Shown: piece after piece, positions 24,071 to 36,852 of the stretch
Position numbering within the stretch: position 1 is the stretch's first letter
How the letters are laid out: each line of letters opens with the position of its first letter
From: Camelus dromedarius
Lineage: Eukaryota
Assembly (NCBI RefSeq): GCF_036321535.1
Contig: NC_087437.1
Coordinates: 11,534,001 to 11,598,000 of the forward strand
Length of the DNA: 64,000 nucleotides
Direction: 5' to 3'
Translations under genes and position numbers: made by a program
The notes under the pieces: generated by a model
The model's input: only the letters and a program-made list of their open reading frames with translations
The model's database searches: none
What the model was told of the DNA's origin: nothing

Positions 24071-25786
24071 CCTATTTGACCCACACACAAGTTACTTGTA
24101 TCAGTAAGGTCCATCTTTAAAGTTATGTCTTTTGTACATGATTAAAATTATGTCATCTCTTAAAAAAACACAATAGAAAGAAATCTTGAGGATAAAAATG
24201 GATACAATAAATATTACTCTGTCATACTGAACTCAATGAACTTGCAGACACTTTTTTTTTTTTTGGTGCGTGATAGATATATTTTGTCCTAAAGGACAGA
24301 AACATCAAAGAATAGCAATTCTATCTCAACCATTAAAGGTTTTTCTGCCTATTTTCTTTTATAGAACAGAAGTGTATCTATCGATTTGCCGGTGACAAGA
24401 AAGTCACACTGAAACAAATTGGTCTTATTTTTAACTCAAGTATTCAAACATCATGCTTCTGAGAAGAGAATGACGTTCGTTTTGTGATTTGCTGTCATTT
24501 GGCATCTCTTCCAGTATCAGATTGAATGAAACAATATTGTACCATTTTGCTGTTGTGATCACACCAAATTTTTGGCATATGCTTAGTATCTGGCTCTAAG
24601 TGCCTGTGTGTCACCAGGTCCCCACATGGACTCAAACTTGAGTGTGTGCGTGAGCACGTGTGTGAGCATGTGTGTAAGCTTGTCTGCAGTCACATTTGGA
24701 CATTTGTTTCTTGCTAATAGAAACCCAAGCCTATGTTTGAGACCAAGTTTCCATTTCCATCTGACACATTTTCTGTGATTAGATTCATTAAGAAATACAG
24801 CAACAGCATTAAAAATTAGAAGGGCTGTGTATTTGTAAACATCAACTGTGGTTAACCGCAAAGACCTTTATATCAACTAAAATGTGTCTTCTGGAGACAT
24901 AATCCAACCTACAAGACACATTTTCATTTACTTTATAGCATAGTTCAGATCATTCCAGAAGAAAAAAACCTTCTCCATAAAGAAAACAAATACGGTGAAA
25001 TAACACAGCTTATTTGAACGTTAAACTATCCTCTATAAAAATGTCAACCTAACTGGATTACTTCCATCAATGCTGCAAAAATAGAATCAGCAAATGAAAC
25101 TTTGATGCTGGCAATTGAAAAAAAAATATTTTTTTTGGTATTTCGTTCTTGTGGTTTATGAGGTTACTAAAACATTGGATGTAATTATGGTTTGACATTT
25201 TCTATCACTTTTTAATTTATAGTCTTCTAAAGGAAGTGGTGTAAATTGCATTCTTTAAAACATCACTGAACACGTTTTAAGTTCCCATAATATCATCCTG
25301 AGTGAAAAACAATTACTCAAAACATGAACACGTCTCTAGCTACAAATTTCAGACCCATGAAAAACAGAGGAATGAAGGCCTCGCTCCAAGTTAAATGAGC
25401 GCAGACAGGACACTTTCCGGAGGAACTCAGGTTTGGGTGACATGAAAGGTATTTGGGTATCGTGTTTTTTTATTTGTTTTAAATGAAGTGTGATGACAGA
25501 AATAAAATCACATTGCTATTCTTGGAAATAAAAAGGAATACAAATCTTTATGATAATGGTTTCTGAGAGGCAATGTAATGTAGCAGTTAAGTGTGTGGGC
25601 TCTGGGTTCATACAAACCAAATTCAGGTTCTGGCTTGCATTAGAGGAGAACATGACGCATTTTGAAACAAGAAATTCTGAATACAGCTCTTAATGGTAAC
25701 GGAGAATGTGGTACCCAGGCAACTGCATCTGTAGAAATCAACTTTAAAAAAAAAAAAAGTATGCCTGGAAGCACAGGAGCGTATGC

Positions 25787-26250
25787 TTTTTTTTTTTAAG
25801 CATTTTTTATTGATTTATAATAATTTTACAATGTTGTGTCAAACTCCAGTGTAGAGTACAATTTTTCAGTTATACATGAACATATATACATTCATGGGCC
25901 CTTTTTTTTTCTCTGTGAGCTACCACAAGATCCTGTATATATTTCCCTGTGCTATCCAGTATAATCTCTTATATATTCCACATTTTGAAATCCCAGTCTG
26001 TCCCTTCCCACTCCCCACCCCCTTGGCAACCACAAGTGTGTATTCTGTGTCTATGAGTCTGTTTCTGTTTTGTATTTATGTTTTGTTTGTTTATTTGTTT
26101 GTGGTTTTTTTTTAATTTTAGATTCCACATATGAGTGATCTCTGTGGTATTTTTCTTTCTCTTTCTGGCTTACTTCACTTAGAATGACTTTCTCCAGGAG
26201 CACCCATGTTGCTGCAAATGGCATTATGTTGTCGGTTTTTATGGCTGAAT
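25787..26250 (-). mobile_element. young L1 3'UTR fragment
   Basis: Poly-T, then cattttttattgatttata...ttacttcacttagaatgac...gttgctgcaaatggcattatg. Confidence 0.92.
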
Positions 26251-26356
26251 TTTAAACGTAGATTTCTATGTTTGCAGTTGTGTGAGTTCTCCTGTTTCTA
26301 AAAATTTTAATATTTATGGAGCATTTCTGGGTGTTGAGCCTTGTGCAAAGTGCTTC

Positions 26357-26732
26357 AGTGAAGTAAGTCAGACAAAGATAACCATGATATCACTTATGTC
26401 TGGAATTTAAAAAAATGAGACAAATGAACTTATTTACAAAACAGAAACATACTCAGACATAGAAAACAAACTTATGGTTACCAAAGGGGAAGGGGGAAGA
26501 TAAATTAAGAGTTAGGGATTAAGAGATACACACTGCTGTATATACAATAGGTAAACAACAAGGACCTACTGTAGAGCACAGGGAACTAGATTCAATATCT
26601 TGAAATAACCTCTAATGGAAAAGAATCTGAAAAAGAGTATATGAGTAACTAACCGAATCACTTTGCTGTCCACCTGAAACTAACACAACATTGTAAATCA
26701 ACTATCCTTCAATTAAAAAAGAAAAAAGAAAA
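26357..26732 (+). mobile_element. young L1 3'UTR fragment
   Basis: agtgaagtaagtcagac...aacaaacttatggttaccaaaggg...ttgtaaatcaactat, followed by an A tail. Confidence 0.93.
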
Positions 26733-28596
26733 GAGCATATGCTCCTGAATTCAGTGGTTAAAAAGCAATCCTCGGAAATAGCTGTCAATATACTTGTACT
26801 CAAGGCTCAATCTGTTTGGCTTTTCCACTGTTATCCGCTTCAGAGTCAATATATTTAGCAGACCTTTGATGAGGTGACGTGAATATCAGTTTCTAAAAGC
26901 TGGTTTTTGCATAGGCCATCAAGTTGATGGCTTTCTCATGAATGCATTTTGAATGGAAGAGCTGGAAATCAAATAACTGTTCATCACCAGAATAGCTACC
27001 CACCTTACTGAAATAAGTCCTATGGATCTCTTGATAAGCCAGAAGACACATTTAGATAGCAAGGAGAAACGAAAACATTATAAATGATATTAAGCTCTAG
27101 AAGTTCCCTATGGGGACAATGTGCTCAGGAACTGGAGAGGATGATCAGAATTCAAAGATCAGAGGAAAATGAAAAGAAGCAAATGTACCTTAATGCTGGA
27201 ACTAAGAGTATAAACCAAAGTGGCCAAGCTTCACTTGGATGTGTTACTATATGGGCAGTTTAGTAGGAATAATGCAAATATTCCAAAAGCAGAATTGAGT
27301 CCAATCTTTAGAATGAAGGGTAGATGCAGAGGACCATATTTCCATGGATATGTATATATTTATTCCAATTCCAATTATATATAAATTGCAACATATATAT
27401 TGCATATAAAACATAAATTAATATTAGGAAAATTGCTGGTAAGGGTCCTTCTTAATATCCCTTTGCCAATACAAATCCATTTCAAATGCAAGTAAAATTC
27501 AATCTCCATTTCAATACTTATAAAAGTCTTCTCCTTCCAATACAAAATTGCCTGAGTTAGCCATTCTAAGAAATCACATAGTGGCAGGAAAACGTGTGTG
27601 TGTCAACAATCATCCCTCTAAGTGAATGATTAGAAAATAATTTCATGAGTGGATAAAATGTACTGACTTCAAATATCTGGACAAAACTGAAAATCTGAAA
27701 ATAAAAATAAGTGTTGTTTATCTTTCAAAACTGTAGCTGTCCTAGTTGTTAATTTCAAAAAAAAAAAAAAAAGAAAAAATTAGAATGAAAAAGTCGTTGC
27801 CTCAATGAGTGACCCTGGCTGCAAAGGCAGCTGTGATTTAGAGAGGACTCTTCCTGCCGTGTTTCTGCCGTGAACCGGTGTAGGAACACAGCATGGAGGG
27901 CCCATGGTCATCAATGAGCGTGACCTTTGCTTGTCCAGGCGCCATGGTCCTGGGAGTGCTGAGTCGGCAGCATTCTCTGCTCTTGTCTTCCTTTTGGCTG
28001 TTGGCTGAGAGTGGTGGCAGGGTTAGCAGTTCAGTGTGCTTGTGTGAAGCTGGGTTTTTCTTCTGTGAAGCTAATTGAAACTGCAACATTGGCCTCATTA
28101 CCATCTTGTAAAACCCCTCTGAACTAACCAGCTCAGACAGCCATGGTTATGTGCTCAAATCAAAGGCAAGATGATGCAAAGAATTATGGACGTAGCGTTT
28201 AGGCCATTCTCTAAACATCAAGATATACGATTAAAACTGAGGGCATAATTCATTTACATCTGCCAATATGGTGGTCAGACTGACAACTTTTCAAATTTAC
28301 CATTAACACAGGCTAGGGAGGGAGGGGTGATCCAAAAGAGACCTCTGAGATGTTTTATTTTGAGCAGTCATAATGTCATTCTTCTTCCTATGGTCATGTT
28401 TAAGTCACATGGACAAGCAGAATGCCCTGGGGTTGATTTTTTTAAGCCCAATGACAGTGAACCATTGTGTGGTTCATTAGATTGCTCTAGGTTCAACCTG
28501 ACTGTATTAGTAAGATTACCAAAAAGATGATAATAAATGAACAAAGGTTAAACACATTTATTATGCTGCATGCCTTCTGACTACTTTGACCTAAGT

Positions 28597-28802
28597 GAAT
28601 CATTCTCAATGCAGGCAATTTTTTATGAGAGGGGACATTTGGCAATATCGGAGACATTTTTGATTGTCACAAATGGAGCAGGGAGGGGATGGTGTCACTG
28701 GCAACTCGTGGGGGAATGCTGGTAAATATTCTACTGTGTATAGGACACAAAGGAGAATTTTTTAACCCACAATGTCAACAGTGCCAAGGTTGAGAAAGCC
28801 TG
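28597..28802 (+). mobile_element. MER20
   Basis: ggggacatttggcaat...ggagacatttttgattgtcac...aatgtcaacagtgccaaggttgagaaagcctg. Confidence 0.88.
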
Positions 28803-29129
28803 ATCTAAATAACCAAATCAGAACGCAGGGACCTGGGGTCTGATGAGCTGAGTAGAAGCTGGTCTTTACTGTGACTGAGGGCGAGAAAATCAGCATGCTG
28901 GAAGTATTTTTGTCAAACAGTTTAAAAGTTTCAAGGACGCTTCTAAATATACTATATCCTCTGGCAGGGGGTTTGGGTAGAGGATAGGAACAGGAGAGGG
29001 AAGGATGTAAACATTATATATAGAGAGTACTCCATCATAATGGGTAAAAAATACATGTGCTAATTTATAGAAGAAAAACTGATATACATTACTGGCAAGA
29101 TGATTTATGTGCTAGCCTGTTGGCTTTTA

Positions 29130-30245
29130 TAACATGCAATGACAGTACTGTATGTAAACAAAAGACTTCCATGATTAGAGGTGAATGATTACTGCATGAC
29201 CTGATTTGCCTAGATATTAAAATATACCTTAAAATTTCAATATAAATCTCTTGTATTGGCCAAAAATAGACAAATGGGATAGAAAAAAACATTCTACTAA
29301 CAGACTCTAGTTTATATGAGAACCTTTAAAAATGAGAAAGAAGACAAATCAACAATAAAAGGATGGATTATTCAATAAAAATGATTTTGAGATAATTAAT
29401 TATTTAGAGTTGCAGACAACTTAGTTGTTATCTCAGCTTTACTCCATATGTCAAAGGAAAAGTACAGATTGATTTTTAAAAACTAGGAGAAAATTAGATA
29501 AATAGTTATCTGCGACAGCAGGAGAAATACAAAGGAAAACCTCAATAGAATGTCCCTGTGCAAGATCATTTACACTTTCGTTTGTTAAAACCCCCACAAA
29601 TCAAAACTTGTCAAAATTCCAAAGCAAACCACAGGCTCAGAAAAACATTCATAACACAAACTCTCTAGAGTTTTCACTATTTTTAACTATATAGAGTTCA
29701 TAGAAGATCATGTTTTAAAAAAGCATCATCCAATTGACAATCGGGCAGAGGACACAAAATTTTAGAAAACAAAAATACTCTGGTTAAAACATACAGGAAA
29801 GCATCTCATTTCATTAGGAATACAAATTAAAATAAGACACCATTTTCTGCCTACCAATTTGCAAAAAGAATTTTTACTTTAAAAAGGGAGGAGCAGGTAA
29901 AGAGACTTTCTTATACTCCAGATAGAATGTAAATCGGTACTACCCCTCCGGAAGATGCACAAATAAGTTCATAATTATAGCTTTTGACCCACTGAACTCA
30001 CTTATGAAAATGAAGAGGGGAAAAAAAACTCAAAATACAGAAAAAACAGCTCTACATACAAAGATGCTTCCTGCAGTATTATTTTAAATAATGCATCTCT
30101 TCCTAATCTCTTTAACATTCAACAGTTGTGATAGTTCATTGTGATACATCCACTGATGTAGCAAGAATTCTGTGATAATTTGAAAAGATATTTACAGAGA
30201 ATTTTCATAAAATGGAAACGTGCTTGGGTTATAATATGAGGTTAC
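29130..30245 (+). mobile_element. ancient decayed L1 ORF2/3' fragment
   Basis: ctagatattaaaatatacc, ggattattcaataaa, caaattaaaataagacaccatttt, gaatgtaaatcggtac. Confidence 0.65.
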
Positions 30246-30254
30246 AATTTTCCT

Positions 30255-30708
30255 TACGGTAAGTGTTGAATGTAACCCCTCTAAAAGATGTGTCCAGGTC
30301 CCAATCCCCAGAACCTGTGAATATTATCATATATGGCAAAAAAAAAATGTGCTTAAATTAAGGGTCCTGAGAAGCAGGGATTATCCTGGATTATGCAAGT
30401 GGACCTTAAATATAATGACATGATTTCCTATTAGAAGAGACACAGGGAGTTTAGATAGAGACATCAAGAAGGACGAGGTGATATAAAGATGGAGGCAGAA
30501 ACTAGAATAATGACAGCCTCAAGCCAAGGAATGCTGGCGACCACCAGATGCCGGCAGAGGCAAACAACAGAATCTTCACTAGAGCCTCTGAAAGGAGCAC
30601 AGCCCTGCTGACACCTTGATTTTGGACTTCAGCACTTAGATAAATTTCTGTTGTTTTAATCTGTCAAGTTGATAGTGATTTGTTAACAGCAGCCACGGGA
30701 AACTTAAA
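30255..30708 (+). mobile_element. MLT1C/D-like ERVL-MaLR solo LTR
   Basis: ccccagaacctgtgaatat...attatcctggattat...caagccaaggaatgctggc...ccctgctgacaccttgattttggacttc...cagcagccacgggaaact. Confidence 0.9.
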
Positions 30709-31062
30709 TGGTAAATTGACACTTAACCTTTTAAGAAACTATCAATTCTCTCAAGTGTTTGTACCACTGTACACTTCCCCCAGCAGAGTGTGAGGGGCAG
30801 TCCCTCCACTTGCTCACCAACACTTGGAATGGTCAATCTTCACTTTAGCCATTCTGATCAAGGTGCAGTGGTATCTCATTGTGGTTTTAACTTGAATTTC
30901 TTTAATGACTAATAATGTTGAGCATCTTTTCATTGGCTTATTTGCCATCTGTATATCTTCTTTGGTGAAGTGTACGTTTACAACTTCTGCCTGTTTTTTA
31001 TTTTGGGTTGCTCATTTTCTTATTATTGGGTCTTGAGCGTTCTTTATGTATTCTGAATACAC
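30709..31062 (-). mobile_element. L1MB-like fragment, inverted 5' portion
   Basis: ttttaagaaact...caccaacacttgg...gtggtatctcattgtggttttaa...ttgccatctgtatatcttctttggtgaagtg. Confidence 0.88.
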
Positions 31063-31063
31063 C

Positions 31064-31955
31064 TACTCTATGAGCCAGCCATTCCATTCCAAAGTATTTA
31101 CCCAAGAAAAACGGAGGCATGTACCCACACAAAGATTTGTATACTAATGCTCATAGATGTTTTATTGGTAAAGGCCAAAAACTGGAAACAATCCAAATGT
31201 GCATTGGCAGGTGAATGGATAAACAAATTGTGTTATCCATACAATGGAATACCACTTGGCCATAAGAATTAGTACTATTAGAACTACTGGTACATGCAAC
31301 AACATGGATTAATCTCAAATAATTATGCTGAGTCAAAGAAACCAGACAACAAACATGATACACATTGAATGAGTCCACAATTCTAGAAAAGTCAAACTAA
31401 TCTATAGTGACAGAAAACAGCTCTCTGGTTGCCTAGGGATGGGTCCTGTGGGGAGAAGGGATAACTAAGGGAGAAGAGGAAACTTTGGGGGTGACAATTA
31501 AGTTCATCACTCTGACTGTGGTGAAGACTTCCAGATATATACATATGTCAAAAGTTATCAAATTGTAGATTTTAAATATGTGCAGCTCATGGTATGTCAA
31601 TTATATACCTCAATAACTTATTTACAAACCAGAAATAGACTCACAGACATAGAAAACAAACCAAAGGGGCGGGGGGGAGGGATAAATTAGGAGTTTGTAG
31701 CATATATACACCACTATATATAAAATAGACAAACAACAAGGACTTACTGTATAGCACAGGGGACTATATTCAATATCTTACAATAACTGTAATGGAAAAG
31801 AATCTGAAAAAGAATACATATATATATATATACACACACACACACATATATATGTATATGCATAATTGAATCACTTTGTTGTACACCTGAAACTAACCCA
31901 ACATTGTAAATCAACTATACTTCAATAAAAAAATTATACCTCAATAAAGCTGTTA
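31064..31955 (+). mobile_element. L1MB-like 3' end (forward portion), interrupted by a young L1
   Basis: tatttacccaagaaaaacgg...ctggaaacaatccaaatgt...ggtgaatggataaacaaattg...tatacctcaataaagctgtt. Confidence 0.88.
31617..31934 (+). mobile_element. young L1 3'UTR fragment with internal (TA)n(CA)n
   Basis: TSD tatacctcaataa at 31604-31616 and 31935-31947; gactcacagacatagaaaacaaac...tgtaaatcaactatacttcaataaaa. Confidence 0.93.
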
Positions 31956-32779
31956 AAATCTTTCTATGACTCAGTTTCCTCACTTATAAAAAGGGATAAT
32001 AATAGATCTTATCTCATAAGGTTGTTTCAAGGGTTGAATTCTGATAGTGTTTGCAAAGCACTCTGTTCAGTGTCTTACATACAATGAACACTCAAAAATG
32101 CTAACAATATTTCTGTAAAAATGGTATATAAACTTTTCATACCAGTGAGATCCCAATATGCTAAAAATATGCTTAGAAAAAAAAGACTGGAAAGAAACAT
32201 TCCAAAAGTATAAGCTATTTGATTTGAATTGTGGAATTTTGGATGATTTTGTTCATCTAAGTTTCCTTTATTTTCCAAGTTGTTTTTATCCAGTAAAAAA
32301 GTTTCCTTAAGAAAACAGTATTAATAATCTCCTAACAAAACAAAGCTCTGATAAACAAATCAAATGGCATGAAGCATATCTGTTTCTTGCCTACTCTTAC
32401 CCCTGGTAGCCCTGTGCTCTTCCAAATGGTGAGTCCAACCTGGAGACAGAAACAGTGGTGTGTGACCCCTGGGGCCATGAATTAGACCTGGCTGTGCTCA
32501 GCTGCAAGGAAATCCTGGTTGGTCCTGAGTTGGATTCTAGCTCTAAATTAGGAGAGTTGTAGCTGGAAGAATCAAAGAAGAGGGTAGGAGGAAGAGGAGG
32601 AGCAGGAAGCAGCTGGGGGTAGCTTGTCTCACTGGATGCTTCAGAGGAAAGTCACTCCTTTATGAATGGAAAGCACCACCCAAAAGCACCACCACTACAG
32701 TTCTCACCACCATCATTGGTTTGATGACTCGGGGAGCATCTTACCTCCACTTCCTTTTTCCAACCATATCCCTCTCCAC

Positions 32780-33265
32780 TCTGCCGTCAGTGCCCATGCA
32801 CGCAGATTGCCTGTTTAAAACCCTTCAGTGACTCTCTGTAACTCTTTACATCATGTCTCTATTCTCAACACGGCTCCTGCCTGCCTGTCCAGCCTCAAGT
32901 TGCGCCATTCTTCCCTCTTCCCTTCTGTCTCTCTGCTCTTGCTCCACTGGCTTTTCAGGACATCCAAGTTCTTTGGACTCTCCCATCTTAGTAACATCAC
33001 ATCCTCCTTGCTACATACCATTAAAGCTTCCCTCCCTTATGGCTTTTATTAATTTTCTTTTCATTTAAGGCTCAGCTAAACAGGGAACTCTTCCTTGACT
33101 CCCCTTTGTTGTACTCTCTCATAATACTTCTGGCTAAAATTCAGCTCATTGTTCAACGGGTCTTCCTAGCTGGTGAGCAATCTGAGAGCAGAACCATGTC
33201 CGTGTTGCTCAAAGCAGTGGCCCTTAAACATAGCAGAGCTGTAGGTACTTATTACTGGTGATTAA
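32780..33265 (+). mobile_element. L2 3' fragment
   Basis: Pyrimidine-rich L2-like sequence (gcctgtttaaaacccttcagtgactc, ttaaggctcagctaaa, gtgagcaatctgagagcagaacc). Confidence 0.6.
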
Positions 33266-33716
33266 GAAAGGGCTGGTTCAGGCTCCCTGGCAAAAGTATC
33301 ACGGGTGAGGAGAAAGACCATTGAATCACTAGGCTACCCACCTGCCTTGGGCAAGTCCCTTCTTTCTGGTTTAACAATAAGCATTTATAAAATGAGCCTA
33401 AATTATCTCCTAGGTCTCCTCTAGATCTAAAATGTAATTGGATGAAATTGAGGTCATGTTCCATTGAGTTAGAATGACTTCTTGAATGAATCAGTGACCC
33501 CCTCATGTTCTGATTGCAACCAGCAAATAATAACTTGCTAGTAGAGAAAACCAGAGCAGCATTACCAACAATTTGTCATTTATTCCTTAGAGACTAAAAC
33601 GTCAAAATGATGGGCTTCAGTTATCAGTTTCTCTTAGAGTTTTTTCCTTCCTACAAATATTCTAACCCTTGGTCCACATCATTCTTCTATAGGCTATAAT
33701 GTACAGGAAACTCTAA

Positions 33717-33832
33717 GGGGGAGGGTATAGATCAATGGGTTCAATCCCCAGTACATCCATTAAAAATAAATAAATAAACCTAATTACCTTCCCCTCCCCC
33801 CCAAAAATCCCCCTAAATTAAAGGAAAAAAAC
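33717..33832 (+). mobile_element. vic-1-type camelid SINE with internal deletion
   Basis: gggggagggtatag...tgggttcaatccccagtac...aaataaataaacctaattacc; TSD caggaaactctaa (33704-33716) / cagggaactctaa (33833-33845). Confidence 0.88.
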
Positions 33833-33863
33833 CAGGGAACTCTAAAAGCAAGGATGGCCTTAG

Positions 33864-33946
33864 TTTTTTTTCCTATTGAAATATAGTCAATTTATAATGT
33901 GTTAATTTCTGGTGTATAGCATAGTGATTCAGTTATATATATATAT

Positions 33947-33977
<31 letters not shown>
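33864..33977 (-). mobile_element. L1 extreme 3' fragment with (TA)n(TG)n
   Basis: tttttcctattgaaatatagtcaatttataatg...catagtgattcagttatatat. Confidence 0.8.
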
Positions 33978-34984
33978 CCCCTAGCTGGGGACCCAGAATT
34001 GGCGTCAAATAGAAGAAACACATGAGGCTACACTTTCCCTACATCCCTACGGTGTATTTGCATTTTCGAATGCAATGGTAGGGAAGTAGTAATGCACTTG
34101 AACAGTAAATGGAAACACTGAATTCCACCAACTCAACCCTGATGGCATTAGTGCTTAGAGAGAATTCAAGGAATATACTGCAGAAATGAAGCAAAATAGA
34201 CAGCCAATAAAATGAATCTTTATGAAAAGAAAATCTGTATTTCCAGGAACAAAAAAGCCGATTGTTGCCTGCAAATTCTTTTTCTTGATTCAAGGGACAG
34301 TAAGTAATCACTCCCAGTGTAAGTATGTCAAGTTTACTTTAACAAAGTCAATTTGAGAGGAAGACCAAAGTTAATAGTAAGAACTTATTTGGTTTCCTTC
34401 TTCCTCTGTCTTTCCAGGTATGCTAAGTAAACAGTACATATCCGTGTCTTAGAAACTCTACAACACAATACAGGGAAAACAGGTTGAAATAATTGTGTGG
34501 TAATTCAGACCAAGAAAAAGTTACATAAATAAAACTTTTTCCATGGTCATCTAAGCAGAACTACATTACATAATGTTAAAAAAAAAAACAAATACACAAA
34601 AAAATTGCTGGTTCAGGGTATGCGTAAATGTTTCTAGAGAAATCAGTTTTGAATTTTGTCTTTGAGAACACTTAAACATGAAGCAGTTATAATCCCTGAC
34701 ACTAAACTATCACTTAATGGGGCAAATATGGAATAGTCAGCCCATCAGTTGTATCCTGGGTACAGACGCATTATATTTGCAGGAAAATAAATAAAAACAA
34801 AGATTTCCGTGAGTACTGTATTACCAATGCCCTTTACAAATGTAATCCATTTTGGTAGAGGGAGTGATTTCCTACAAAACTGTGTTAGCCAGTAAGCCTA
34901 CCTAAAATAAAACAGCATTTGCTGAAATGTATTCCCAAAAGGCTCAAATACATGTATTCAAGAGCTAAGTATTTTTCACGGTAT

Positions 34985-35438
34985 AATTGGGGGACAATTC
35001 TCCATGGGTCTTTCAAGTTTCTGCAAGTCTTGTGAGAAGAGATACTGATTGCCTTTGTTGCAGACCAGCTTTTCAAGGATGTCTGTGCAGTGAACAGACT
35101 TGGAGGAAAGAGAAGGTCTCTTGCTACATTAAAGGCCAGGTATGCTTAGAGCCTATTACAAAAGATTTGAGTGCCCTAAACTCAGGACTCCTAGTAATGC
35201 AACTCACTTCAGGTGTTACCTGGACCTCTTTGCATCACCTTGTGGGAACCAGGACTCAGGGAACAGACGCAAGAAAATGATGATATTATGGCTACTGCTA
35301 ATGCTATGAGTAACAAGCTCTCCTTCATCTCTGACCCAAGAGTATCGTGTTTTTTACCCTTATTCACTAAACTGTGGCAGACTAACTTTTTAGCTTGCCA
35401 GTGGGCTAAAAATTTCAGACCCTTCACAGTTCTTATCA
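34985..35438 (+). mobile_element. ERV1-class solo LTR (MER89/MER90-like)
   Basis: gggacaattctccatgggtct...gcctttgtt...ttttcaaggatgt...ctctgacccaagagt...aaaatttcagacccttcacagttcttatca; subfamily name tentative. Confidence 0.7.
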
Positions 35439-36661
35439 GGTTAAGTCTCATAAAGAATCTATCCCTTTTTGATTTTGAAGGATTGAGTCTAATGTTAACT
35501 TAATGCTCTCTAGTCAAGTTAACTATCTGTCTAGTTTTGGATAAATATTTGTTTGTCTCTCTGAGGAAAAGGCCTGGATCCCAATACTGCAGAAGCCATT
35601 TTGGTTTTGGTACTGTTATTGGGGTAATTTTTAAAGAATCCAATAAATATTTAGTTGAAAGAGAAAAAAAAATCAGTCCAAGAAATCTGAACTATAAGCC
35701 ATTAAGAAACTGCCATTCTCATATAACAAAATAAAAATTTGTTTCAAATTAAGGGGTTCCAGAAACCCACAACAATAGATGTAGAATTATAAAATACAAA
35801 CATTTTTTCAAGTATGCCTTTGCTATGAAAATGTTGAATGGATAAGATGGATTTTTTAATGTGATCTTATCTTATTTAACAATACTTGAACTCCATTGGA
35901 TTTTGTGTAAAATAGTTGATGCTTAATGACTCTAGTTTCTGAACCAATAACCTATAATCATATTCTAAGAAGTATGCATATGTGTTCAAAGTGGTCCATG
36001 GAATGAAATATTTGAAATCAAAATTGTATCAGAAAATTAGTTTGCCAGACATTCAAAAACACAACTGCAAAATTCCAGGTCAGTTATGCTGAGGCATATA
36101 AAGAGTATGTGAATGACACTGCCTTATAGAAACATAACTTCTTCCCTCAAGTGCTTTCATATGGATTAAAGGATCTGCAAGGCATAGATACAGCAAAGGA
36201 GATAAGGATGCAAGTTTAGAAGAGACAAGATACTTGAATCCAGACAGGCCAAGTTCACTACTAGGAAGTCACATGGAATAGAATAAAGTAGCCAGAAGGA
36301 GCCTTCCCCAGAATAATATGTATAAATGGATGGCTGATGAGGTGAAGATGTATTCAGGGCCTCCAAGTGCCTTCCAAAGTTCACTGGGGGCTGCCTTTTG
36401 GGAACCGCATTTGCAGGATGAAGAGCTAATGAGCAGTGAAAAGAATGAAAAAGAGGAGAAAAAGGACAAGAATCAGCTAGCCTTCCCTGGGGGCCTACGT
36501 GCGTAAAGCCCTCTGATGGTAAAAGACAAATCCAGCTGTTTAATGAGTGGTTCTTTGGCCTCAACCAGGACTCCCCCTTCAGAACAATCTGCGGCATTGC
36601 TCTAATTCATCAAGCAACCTATTAACCTCGTCTGACTTTTAAGTGAACTCTCTAGGCAAGA

Positions 36662-36852
36662 AGGGCTAAAGTGTTTTTCAAATTCTGATACTTAGATCAC
36701 TTGGATCAAAGTCTCTGGGTTGTTAAAAGTGCCGATTCCTGGGCATGACATCAGACCTCCTGAACGGTCTCCTTAGGTGAGCCCAGGAGCCGACATTCTA
36801 ATTAGCCCCTCAGCTGAATTGGATAACGGGCTGAATTTTGAGACTCAGTGGA
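36662..36852. mobile_element. MER5-family MITE
   Basis: tttcaaatt...atcacttgg...ttgttaaaagtgccgattcctgggc...cagacctcctgaa...ttttgagactcagtg. Confidence 0.65.

Noticed and set aside
36318..36506. Charged ORF ...EELMSSEKNEKEEKKDK
   Set aside because: Explained by a purine-rich low-complexity tract; no homology or splice support
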